Of a stretch of 32,000 nucleotides of DNA, positions 19,569 to 28,844 are shown piece by piece. A model generated the notes under the pieces. It saw only the letters and a list, made by a program, of their open reading frames with translations. It was not told where the DNA came from and did no database searches. Numbering within the stretch: the first letter of the stretch is position 1; each line of letters begins with the position of its first letter. The position numbers and the translations under genes were made by a program. The DNA comes from Wolbachia endosymbiont of Drosophila innubila (GTDB taxonomy: Bacteria; Pseudomonadota; Alphaproteobacteria; Rickettsiales; Anaplasmataceae), in contig NZ_CP076228.1 of the NCBI RefSeq assembly GCF_021378375.1, forward strand, positions 1,080,001 to 1,112,000, in the 5' to 3' direction.

Positions 19569-19580
19569 AATGAGGTTTAG

Positions 19581-19853
19581 ATGTCGATAACATCCGAAAA
19601 GAAAAAGAGTTTGATAAATATATATGCAATTAAAGGAGATGATACAGGCTCATCTTTTGTACAATGTGCAATTTTGACCGAGAGGATCAGTAACTTAACT
19701 GAGCATTTTAAAGTGCACAAGCATGACCATCACTCTAAGCGTGGTTTACTTATATTGATAGGTAGAAGACGCAAGCACTTAAATTATATAAAGCGTAAAT
19801 TTAGTAATGAAGCCTATCAGGAATTAATAGAGAAGTTAGGCATTAGAAAATAA
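19581..19853 (+). CDS. rpsO: 30S ribosomal protein S15
   Basis: 90-aa ORF with [50 protein letters not shown]. Confidence 0.97.
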   Translation: MSITSEKKKSLINIYAIKGDDTGSSFVQCAILTERISNLTEHFKVHKHDHHSKRGLLILIGRRRKHLNYIKRKFSNEAYQELIEKLGIRK

Positions 19854-19867
19854 TCGAGGAATTTAAT

Positions 19868-22141
19868 ATGTTTAAAATTATAAAAAAATCTATAGAGTGG
19901 GGTGGTCGTGCCTTATCTTTAGAAACAGGAAAAATAGCACGCCAAGCTCATGGTTCAGTAGTTGTAAATTACGGTGATACTTCTGTTTTAGTAACTGTTG
20001 TACGTAAAAAGAAGGAAGAAAGCGTTGATTTCCTACCTTTAAATGTGCAGTTTATCGCAAAAAGCTATGCCATGGGTAAGATCCCTGGCGGGTTTTTTAA
20101 AAGAGAAGGCAAGCCATCTGATAGAGAAACTTTAATCTCAAGAGTAATAGATAGAAGTATAAGACCACTATTCCCAGAAGGATTTCATGATGAAATTAGT
20201 GTGGTGTGCAATCTATTAACTTATGATACAGTCAATCCTCCTGAAGTGCCAGCATTGATTGGTGCTGTTGCAGCTCTTGCAATTTCTGGTGTTCCCTTTC
20301 ACTTTACTATAGCTGGAGTGATGGTTGGTTGTGATAAAAATAATAACTATATACTCAACCCTTCTGTTCAAGAGATGAAAGCAAGCAGCTTGGATCTGTT
20401 TTTGTCTGGTGATGAAAATTCAATTTTAATGGTTGAATCAGAAGTGAAAGAGCTCTCTGAAGAAAATGTTTTTAATGCAATAAAATTTGGCCATGAACAC
20501 CTTAAGCCTGTCATTAAGCTCATAAAAGAGTTTGCTGATACAATTGGCAATAAACCTGAGAGCTTTGCCCCTATTGATGCATCAGATATAACACAAGAGC
20601 TCGAAAAATACGGTAAAGATTTTGAAAAAGCATATTCGCAAACAGTAAAACAAGAGCGAGTTCAAGCTCTAGAAGCGATCAGAGAGAATATATTGAATAC
20701 TCTTAAAGAAACTGGAAAAGACGAAAAGTTAATTACGTATGCAGTAAAAAACTTTGAAAGATCTTTAGTACGTGAAATAATTAGGAAGAAAAGTGTAAGG
20801 ATAGACGGTCGTAAGCATGATGAGATACGTCAGATAGAAGTTGAAGTTGATATTCTGCCCAAAACTCACGGTTCTGCACTATTTACAAGAGGCAATACTC
20901 AGGCACTGGTTGTTACTGCTCTTGGCACCACTCAAGATGAGCAAATTGTGGATGATATTGAAGGGGATAGACGTGAGCATTTCATGTTGCATTATAACTT
21001 TCCCTCATTTGCTGTTGGAGAAACTTCTGCTGCGCGTGCACCAGGAAGAAGAGAAATCGGTCATGGCAAACTTGCTTGGAAAGCAATTCATCCTGTTTTA
21101 CCCGATAAGTCTGAATTTCCTTATACAATAAGAGTAGTGTCCGAAATTTTGGAGTCTGATGGTTCTTCTTCTATGGCAACAGTTTGTGGGACTTCTCTTG
21201 CTTTAATGGATACGGGCGTGCCAATAAAGGCCCCTGTTGCTGGAATTGCTATGGGTCTCATCAAAGATAAAGACGAGTATGTAATACTTTCCGATATACT
21301 TGGTGATGAAGATTATCTTGGTGATATGGACTTTAAAGTAGCAGGAACTAGTGAAGGGGTTACGGCGCTACAAATGGACATGAAAATTTCTGGTATAAGC
21401 TTTGAAATTGTTGAAAAATCTTTAGAACAGGCAAAAGCTGGAAGATTACATATTTTAGAAAAAATGAATGCAGTGATTTCAGAACACAGTGATGATGTCA
21501 AAGACCATGCACCAAGGATGTTATCATTTTACATAGATAAAGACAAAATTTCTGCTGCTATAGGTTCTAAGGGGAAAAATATACGCAGTGTGTGTGAAAG
21601 AAGTAATGCAAAAATTGAAATAGGAGATGATGGTAAAGTTTCTGTTTTTGCTACGAGTGGCACTGAAGCTGAAATTGCAAAGAGTATGATGATTGATTCA
21701 ATAACAGAACTAGAACAAGGTTCTATAGTTGATGTCAAGGTTGTAAGAATAGAGAAGTCTATTGTAGAGCTTGAATTTCTTAATGGCAGAAAAGGAAAAA
21801 TGCACATAAGTGAAGTAGCTAATGAACATATAGATTCTATAGAGAGCGTACTTAAACAAGATGATACTTTCAAAGCACTAGTAATTGACTTTGAAAAAGG
21901 TGGGTGTCCAAAGTTGTCAAGACGTCGGGTTGATCAAGAGACGGGAGAGTTTTTTGAAGGTGAGCTTTACAACGAGGAAAGGAAAGATGGTCCAAATGAC
22001 AGGGATAATTATTACAATAATTCATTTAGTAGAAAACCTGGAGGAAGTCACCATAAGAGGCCTCCTCGTCCTCATTCTGGTTTCAGCAACAGAAATAGGC
22101 CGAAATTTGGTAATAATGATTCATCATCAGGTTTTTATTAA
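19868..22141 (+). CDS. pnp: Polyribonucleotide nucleotidyltransferase
   Basis: 757-aa ORF with RNase PH domains, a KH domain (IGSKGKNIRSVCERSNAKIEIGDDGKVSVF) and an S1 domain. Follows rpsO. Confidence 0.98.
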   Translation: MFKIIKKSIEWGGRALSLETGKIARQAHGSVVVNYGDTSVLVTVVRKKKEESVDFLPLNVQFIAKSYAMGKIPGGFFKREGKPSDRETLISRVIDRSIRPLFPEGFHDEISVVCNLLTYDTVNPPEVPALIGAVAALAISGVPFHFTIAGVMVGCDKNNNYILNPSVQEMKASSLDLFLSGDENSILMVESEVKELSEENVFNAIKFGHEHLKPVIKLIKEFADTIGNKPESFAPIDASDITQELEKYGKDFEKAYSQTVKQERVQALEAIRENILNTLKETGKDEKLITYAVKNFERSLVREIIRKKSVRIDGRKHDEIRQIEVEVDILPKTHGSALFTRGNTQALVVTALGTTQDEQIVDDIEGDRREHFMLHYNFPSFAVGETSAARAPGRREIGHGKLAWKAIHPVLPDKSEFPYTIRVVSEILESDGSSSMATVCGTSLALMDTGVPIKAPVAGIAMGLIKDKDEYVILSDILGDEDYLGDMDFKVAGTSEGVTALQMDMKISGISFEIVEKSLEQAKAGRLHILEKMNAVISEHSDDVKDHAPRMLSFYIDKDKISAAIGSKGKNIRSVCERSNAKIEIGDDGKVSVFATSGTEAEIAKSMMIDSITELEQGSIVDVKVVRIEKSIVELEFLNGRKGKMHISEVANEHIDSIESVLKQDDTFKALVIDFEKGGCPKLSRRRVDQETGEFFEGELYNEERKDGPNDRDNYYNNSFSRKPGGSHHKRPPRPHSGFSNRNRPKFGNNDSSSGFY

Positions 22142-22374
22142 GAGTAAACTTCTTGCGTTACCTCTCGTCATTCCAGTGCTTAACACTGGAATGACACCCT
22201 TTCTGGTGAAGGTTGTTCTCAAATCACAATGTTAGTACAATTGTGGTGTTAGCTATAGCTAACCCAAGGTATCTGTTCAGCGGAGTGGTAGAATAAGGTA
22301 GACAAAGCAAGATAATAAAGATAATCATAGAGCAAAAGTGAGGTAATGTGGTAAACCTTTGAGAACTTTGCAAA

Positions 22375-22731
22375 AATTTACAGCAAAAAATAGAAAAACT
22401 GAAAGCAGAGATAGAAAACTTAAAAGCAGAAAATAAAGCTTTAAAGATAGAGAACGCTGAATTAAAGGAAAGGCTTGGTTTAAACTCGAAAAATTCATCT
22501 CTACCGAGCTCTAAAGAATTGTACAAAACAAAAAAGGACAAGCCAAAAAGCGAAAGGAATGTTGGCGATCAGGTTGGGCATAAAGGAAATTTTCATGCTA
22601 CAATGGAAGCGGATAAAGTAGTAAAAATAGAGTTGCCTAATATTTGCGAATGCGGAGGAGAGCTTGTAATATGCGAAAAACCTTATGTTCACCAAAAAGT
22701 TGATCTTCCGGAAATTAGGCCTTATGTAGTA
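22375..22731 (+). pseudogene. IS66-like transposase N-terminal fragment
   Basis: Own translation LCKNLQQKIEKLKAEIENLKAENKALKIENAELKERLGLNSKNSSLPSSKELYKTKKDKPKSERNVGDQVGHKG...CGGELVICEKPYVHQKVDLPEIRPYVV, cut at 22731 by an IS630-like element. Confidence 0.82.
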
Positions 22732-23674
22732 TAGCATTTCTCATAATAGTCCGAACAGGTCATAGGAAGGCAGAATCAACAGCACGACGAAAGGATTCGA
22801 ATAGAGGAATGTTTTTCCTGGCTCTGTTTTTTATAGCAAACCAATGATGCTCAATTTTGTTGAAATCTGGAGAATAAGGCGGCAGATACAAAATTTCTGC
22901 ACCAACCCCTTTAGCAAGCTCGATAATCTTATCAGACTTATGAAAAGTAGCATTGTCAAGAATGACAGTCTGTCCAGGTTCCAAGATCGGTGTCAAAAAT
23001 TGCTCAAACCATCCATTAAAAACATCCATATTACAGTGGCCTTCAAAGGTTAACGGAACAACTATCTTTCTTCCACTTAAGGCTGCAACCATACTGATTC
23101 GTTGAGTTTTCTTTCCAGATTTTAAGGCATAAAACCGCTGTCCTTTCTGGCAATATCCGTAGTTCGGTGTTATCAATGCCAGACTCATCTATATACACTA
23201 AGTTTTTAGGTTCTTTTGTCGCTATAATTTTCAAAAATTCAGCACGTTTTTCTTCGTTTCTTTCCTTGTATCCATATGTCTTTTTTTGCGCGTAAATCCA
23301 ATTTTTTTTAAGGGCTCGATAGATCGTTTGGATACTAACGTTGTTCCAAAGTTTAGCCATTTCCGATAGAGTCTTTCCTCCGTGTTCTCTGGCAAATTTG
23401 GCAAAGGTATCCCAGTCGGTAATTTTGTGATTGTAACCCCCATTTCCAAGTTTTTTTGATTGAAAGTCTCCTGTTTCTTTTCTTCTTTGCTGCCACTCCC
23501 ATAAAGTAGTTCGTCCAATCTTAAATCTTGCTGCCACTGTTTCTCTGCTTTCTCCTTCGTCTAGCGCTTCCATTGCTTTTTTTCTTAAATCATAACTATA
23601 TGCTGCTGGCATTCAACCTCCTTATCATCATCTACCCTTATCCTATCACATCCGGACTTTTATGGAAAGAGCTA
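22732..23674 (-). mobile_element. IS630-like element (943-bp type), transposase in two frames
   Basis: Inverted ends TAGCATTTCTCATAATAGTCCG and CGGACTTTTATGGAAAGAGCTA are flanked by TA. ORFs 23043-23612 (HTH) and 22760-23188 (DDE, ILDNATFHKSDK...YLPPYSPDFNKIEHHW). Confidence 0.9.
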
Positions 23675-23677
23675 TAA

Positions 23678-24590
23678 GAGGTTGTTCGGAAACTAGTAAA
23701 TTCAAGCATATTCCCTCTTTAACATAACCCTACTCATAGCTAGGTATATGAAATTCTCAGTGGATGTTGTGAGTAAATCATACTCCTTCGATAGCCTTCT
23801 ATTCCTATTAACCCAAGCAAAAGTCCTTTCTACAACCCATCTTCTTGGCTGTACTTTAAACCCTTGTTCTCTTGTTGGTAGTAGCTCAGGTGGCGTATCT
23901 TTGTGCACCCAAAATCTACATGGAGGCCTTTTAACAATTTCAATATCTATGTCATATTCTTCCTTTATGTGATTCTTTAAATTTCTTCCTTGGTATCCCA
24001 TGTCAGCCCACATTTTTTAACTTTAGTATATTTTGTTCTCATATTGTTTAATGCTATTTTAATACCATCTCTATCATTTTCGTTAGCAGCGCCTACGTAA
24101 CAACCTAGTATAAAACCCTGAGTGTCTGTAATTATATGCCTTTTTCTACCCTTTTTACTTTTTACTTCCATCATAGCTTTGATCCCCCCTTTTCTGTAGT
24201 CTTTACAGATTGACTATCTACTATACAGGCACTCGGCTGCTCATTCTTTCCTATTTTTCTTCTACTATATTTTGTAATTTCATAATTCATTTTCTCAAAA
24301 TTCCCTGCTTCTTCCATTGCCTGAACTGCTCATACACAGTCTTCCATAGCGGAAAATCATTTGGTAAATACCGCCATTGACACCCTGTACGCAATACATA
24401 GAAAATTGCTTCTAATATTTCTTTTTTGCTATACTTTGGCAGCCTTCCTCCTTTCTTGTATGATACTCTGAAGTGTTTTTCTATTCTTGCCCATTCCCTT
24501 TCGCTTAGATCTGTTGGATACTTTTTTCTCATCTTTACCCGTACTAAAATTTCAGATATTATAGCCTTTTACTTGTTTCCGGACAACCTT
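23678..24590 (-). mobile_element. IS5-like element (913-bp type), copy 2
   Basis: Same length and ends as 7167-8079, flanked by TAA. ORFs 23702-24013, 23977-24174 and 24287-24532 (MRKKYPTDLSEREWARIEKHF...GCQWRYLPNDFPLWKTVYEQF). Confidence 0.9.
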
Positions 24591-25781
24591 TAATATCACC
24601 TTCGAGTATCCATTGTAGTTGGTTACGGCTTGCCAGTAACAAGTGGCAAGCCACAGTAGCGTCTGCGCAGGATCTTTTTGGTCTAAAACCATAAGAGTGA
24701 CGATCACTGATCGTTTCAGCTATCGGTTCCAAAGCAAACAAGTATAATGCTTGCATGGCTCTATCTTTTATCGTAGGGATTCCAAGAGGTCTTCTTTTGC
24801 CATTAGACTTACTGATGTATATCCGTTTTAGCGGAGAAGGTTTGTATCCTCTTTGTTTTAATAGCTTTATTCCTTGAAATTTTGTGTTGCAAGTTGACCA
24901 TATTTGACGATCTACACCTGCTGTGTTTTTTCCTTGGTTTTCAGTTACTCTCTTAACCGCCAAAGCTTTGCCGCTAAAAGAGCGTGTGAGAAGGTGTTGT
25001 AAAGTTTTCACCTTACCCCATCTGCCTTGTTGGACAGCCTTAACAATACGCCTCTGTAGCCTCATAACAACTTTTTGGCATTTCTTCCAGGGTAACTGGT
25101 TCCATGCTTCGGAGTTATTGGTAGGTGCACTTACAGTTGTACTTGTAATCATCTGCTTTCCTACCTTAAGTGGTTAACAAAGTTTCTTGTCATGAAGGAC
25201 CAAATGGAAGTCTGCTCGTTTTCACGCGAATTAATGTTACAAATTCTATCCATTTCGTTACAAAATGGCATTCGCTTTCTCCATTATCCTTTACCTGCAC
25301 ATCCATCAGCATTCCTTGCGGGTTGCCTGCCATATAGGCGAAAATACAGGCTTATCCTGTTCCTTTTGTCATACAATAGTGGGTTAGGTGGCTTCTCTAT
25401 ACCGGTGGAATTATTATTTGCGTACATCCAGAAATGAAAAATGTCACATTACCTTTTGGTCGGAGCTTATCAGCATCTTTAGCTCTTTAATCGTTACGAT
25501 ACTTATGAAGCTTCACTTACGTTCACCATACCACTAAGCCTAGCCCTCCAACCACATGATGCTTGTAGTTTATGCTTTCTCTCACGATTGAGCATCTTCT
25601 TTATCAAGAGGAGGTTCATTGTCCGCGTCGCTCAGCACCAACTGGTTACCCAATTCGCACTGATGCGTAGACTCAGATGGCAAAACATCTGGCTCAATAA
25701 GCTTTAGAATCCTTTCAGTTTCTTTCTGAATGAATTCCTCTCCTTTTATAAACAATATGACCGAAGGCTTTCAGGTCGCAC
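24591..25781 (-). mobile_element. Truncated group II intron (5' RNA domains plus 5' part of the reverse transcriptase ORF)
   Basis: Reverse strand begins GTGCGACC at 25781, followed by structured non-coding sequence and then an intron-type RT ORF cut at 24591 by the IS5-like element. Confidence 0.75.
24593..25152 (-). pseudogene. ltrA: Group II intron reverse transcriptase/maturase, truncated at the C-terminal side
   Basis: GKNTAGVDRQIW...YKPSPLKRIYISKSNGKRRPLGIPTIKDRAMQALYLFALEPIAETISDRHSYGFRPKRSCADAT...WILEGDIK, ending at the IS boundary. Confidence 0.9.
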
Positions 25782-26033
25782 CATCTCAATTATATACCTG
25801 TTCCCACTAGAATCTCTGCAAAGAACATCAACGATACTTTGTTTTTTAGAGGCAATTTCAGCATCTTGAATAGTGCTGAGGAATTCTATTTCTTTTATTT
25901 CATCTTTGCCAGTGAACCCCAAAATATCATTGAGAAAGTGAATGAGGATGTCTTTATTTTTTTCAGTACCAAATATTTTTTTGAAGGTTAAATCCAGCTT
26001 AGGGTCGAGAAACTTAGATAAAGCCATAGCCAA
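25782..26033 (-). pseudogene. N-terminal fragment of a PD-(D/E)XK nuclease / Rpn-type transposase-like protein
   Basis: FLDPKLDLTFKKIFGTEKNKDILIHFLNDILGFTGKDEIKEIEFLSTIQDAEIASKKQSIVDVLCRDSSGNRYIIEM, interrupted at the GTGCG intron start. Confidence 0.82.
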
Positions 26034-26103
26034 AGTGCTTAAAAATATTAATAATTATACACTATTATTAACAATTATTCAACCATATTTTTGAAGATAG
26101 CTA

Positions 26104-26262
26104 TGCCGCCGCGAACCGTCATACCGCCGCGGTATCTTAGCATAGATCCCGCTAACAAGTAGCGGGATGACGAATTACTTAACCGTCATACCACCGCGAA
26201 CCGTCATACCGCCGCGGTATCTCGGCATAGATTCCGCTAACTAGTAGCGGAATGACGATTGT
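26104..26262. repeat. Two adjacent copies of a palindromic intergenic repeat
   Basis: CCGCGAACCGTCATACCGCCGCGGTATCTTAGCATAGATCCCGCTAACAAGTAGCGGGATGAC is followed by a second diverged copy ending TTCCGCTAACTAGTAGCGGAATGACG. Confidence 0.85.
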
Positions 26263-26323
26263 GTATCGTGTTTTGCTAAAAATCACAGAATGCAGTCTGG
26301 TTACAAATAAACTATTTTGACAG

Positions 26324-26725
26324 TTAATGGGGTCTAGTTTTGATGTATGGACTATCCAAAGAAAAGGGTGGTATCATAACTTCAAAAACTTTTATGCTTT
26401 CTTCATTCAGAAATTCATACTTACCCTGCATTATTCCTGACGGTACATTTAAGTATGTTCCACTTGTGTATTTAAATACCTCTCCAGATTTTATCACAGG
26501 TTGTTCTCCGATAACACCAACTCCGGCAATTTCATTTACTTTTCCCTTATAATCTATTATTTGCCAATGACGACTTAACAATTGAATAGTTGATTGGCTT
26601 TTGTTTTTTATCTTAACGTTATACATCCATACATAGCAATTTTCATAAGGAATGGATTGCTCTTCAATATAAATTGGTAAAACTGTAACTTCAACAAAGT
26701 TGGTAGTTAGTGTGTATTCTATCAT
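26324..26725 (-). CDS. apaG: ApaG-domain protein
   Basis: 133-aa ORF with [69 protein letters not shown]. Confidence 0.93.
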
Positions 26726-26821
26726 TATAAAATATTCATGATAAGAAAATAGTATTTTAATTATATACTTTTTTCATAGATTTTTCAAGTATACTTTAAT
26801 TAGGAAATATCAATTTATAGT

Positions 26822-27886
26822 ATGAATGAACCAGATGCGCTGAGCAAAAAAGTAATAGGAATAATAGGTGGTGGACAATTAGGTAAAATGACTGCTATCG
26901 CTGCAACAAAACTTGGACAAAAAATACATGTTTTTGCCAGTGCTAAAGACGATCCAGCTTGTTCTATTGTTGATGATTTCACAATAGCAGATTTCTCTGA
27001 TAAGAAAGCGCTTGAATCTTTTGCACAGAGTGTGGATTTGGTCACTATTGAGTCTGAAAATATTCCATGTAGTGCAATTGATATCGATGTAAATTTTTAT
27101 CCGGGTAAAAAAGCGTTACACATTGCGCAAAATAGGCTTAGAGAGAAAGATTTCATTAGAAGCTTGAGTATAAAAACTGCTGAATACAAAAGTATACAAA
27201 ATTATAATGAGCTACTGAAAAGCAGTAGAGCTTTTGGCTATCCAACAAGGCTGAAAACAACAGAAATGGGTTATGATGGAAAAGGGCAATATGTGCTTGA
27301 GAATGATTCTGAAATGAAGCAATTTGCTTCCTTTGATTGGAATACAGAGTACATTCTTGAAGCAAGTGTTGATTTACTGAAAGAGGTTTCAATAGTCGTT
27401 GCAAGAGATAAAAACGGTAAAGTAGCTTTTTTTCCTATAGCAGAAAATTACCACGTTGATGGAATACTTGATACTTCAACAGTGCCAGCTAAAATAGATA
27501 GTAAATTAACTCAAGAGGTACAACGAGCTGCAAAGAAAATAGCAAATGCGCTTGATGTAATAGGAATTCTGGCTATTGAATTTTTTGTTACTAAGGATAA
27601 CGAATTGTTAGTTAATGAACTAGCTCCAAGACCTCACAATTCTTGCCACTGGAGCTTGGATGCATGTAACGTTAGTCAATTTGAACAGCTAGTTAGGATA
27701 ATATGCGGGCTACCTATGCAGGAAGTAGTATTACGCTTTCCTTGTATGACGAAAAATATAATAGGTAATGATATATATGATTCTCATAAGTATTTGAGCA
27801 ACGAAAAAGCTAGTTTAACCATATATGGGAAAAAAGAGGTTAGGGATAAGCGTAAAATGGGACATGTCAATATAGATTTAAGTTAA
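26822..27886 (+). CDS. purK: 5-(carboxyamino)imidazole ribonucleotide synthase
   Basis: 354-aa ATP-grasp ORF with IGIIGGGQLGKMTAIAA, TTEMGYDGKGQYVL and NELAPRPHNSCHWSLDAC. Confidence 0.95.
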   Translation: MNEPDALSKKVIGIIGGGQLGKMTAIAATKLGQKIHVFASAKDDPACSIVDDFTIADFSDKKALESFAQSVDLVTIESENIPCSAIDIDVNFYPGKKALHIAQNRLREKDFIRSLSIKTAEYKSIQNYNELLKSSRAFGYPTRLKTTEMGYDGKGQYVLENDSEMKQFASFDWNTEYILEASVDLLKEVSIVVARDKNGKVAFFPIAENYHVDGILDTSTVPAKIDSKLTQEVQRAAKKIANALDVIGILAIEFFVTKDNELLVNELAPRPHNSCHWSLDACNVSQFEQLVRIICGLPMQEVVLRFPCMTKNIIGNDIYDSHKYLSNEKASLTIYGKKEVRDKRKMGHVNIDLS

Positions 27887-27956
27887 CAGTTTTTCTACGT
27901 CATACCGCCACAACTGTACGAACATTGTGATATGATGAGATGTTACATAGTAAACG

Positions 27957-28184
27957 GTGTCATTCTAGCACCTCTTTTCCCGTCATCCCGCTGCTTGTTA
28001 GCGGGATCTCATTTCACTTTGTGAAGGTGTCATCCCAGCACCTCTTTTCCCGTCATTCCGCTGCTTGTTAGCGAGATCTCATTTTACTTTATGAGGGTAT
28101 CATCCGAGTAGCCCCTTTCTCATCATCCCGCTGCTTGTTAGCGGGATCTCATTTCACTTTATGAAGGTGTCATTCGAGTAGCCT
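27957..28184. repeat. Tandem repeat, 70-bp period, about 3 copies
   Basis: The core YRTCATYCCGCTGCTTGTTAGCGRGATCTCATTTYACTTT starts at 27981, 28051 and 28121. Each unit holds the palindrome ATCCCGCT-GCTTGTT-AGCGGGAT (imperfect in the middle copy). Confidence 0.9.
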
Positions 28185-28844
28185 GACTACTTGGATCCAG
28201 GAATTTTATTAAGTTGGTAAGCATAAAAGTGGCTGATCTTATGTTAAAACACAACGTTCTTGATGAGATTACAGCAAGGCTGGATTCCAGCGTCAGCTAC
28301 TTGAATGACAGCAGTCCTACGTCATGCCGCCGCGGTATCTCTAGATCCCGCTAACAAGTAGCGGGATGACGATTGTCGTTTAGCCATAAATGTTTAAGAA
28401 ATTTACCAAACGAAAAAAAAGGCAAAAGAAGCCCCGTGGTTGGCTAGTTACTTACATTATACTTTCAAGTATGGCGTTTTTTTATTCTAAACGTTTAATA
28501 ACCGCGATTCATCTGCTTTTAAGCCGCAACTAATCTAAATTATAAACATTAAGAAATTTACTAAACAGAAAAAAAGGCAAAGAAAACCTAGGGTAGCTAA
28601 TTACTCACTATCCATTTTTTAAGTTGGCGTTTTTTGATGTTTTAAATGCTTTATAAGCGCATTTTAGCTTGTATAGCTAGAAATTTGATAAAGACATAAG
28701 GTGCACATAGTGCAAAAAATTAAACATGAGACACCAAATACGTTGAGTTTTTTTGTCATTTAATCTGTACAGAGAAGATAAATAAATAGCTTCAGTGTCA
28801 TGATAAGGGGGCTGGCGAAGGGTGTCAAGTAAGTTTTTTCGTTT

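Noticed and set aside
20368-21873. ORFs 20368-20550, 20841-21131, 21313-21501 and 21529-21873 inside pnp
   Set aside because: They overlap the long, conserved pnp frame and are composition-driven artefacts.
22224-22541. Minus-strand ORF of 105 aa, phenylalanine-rich
   Set aside because: It is antisense to the lysine/glutamate-rich coiled-coil start of the IS66-like transposase.
27957-28184. CRISPR array
   Set aside because: Contiguous 70-bp units with no unique spacers and no cas-like ORF nearby. It is a tandem repeat of palindromic elements.
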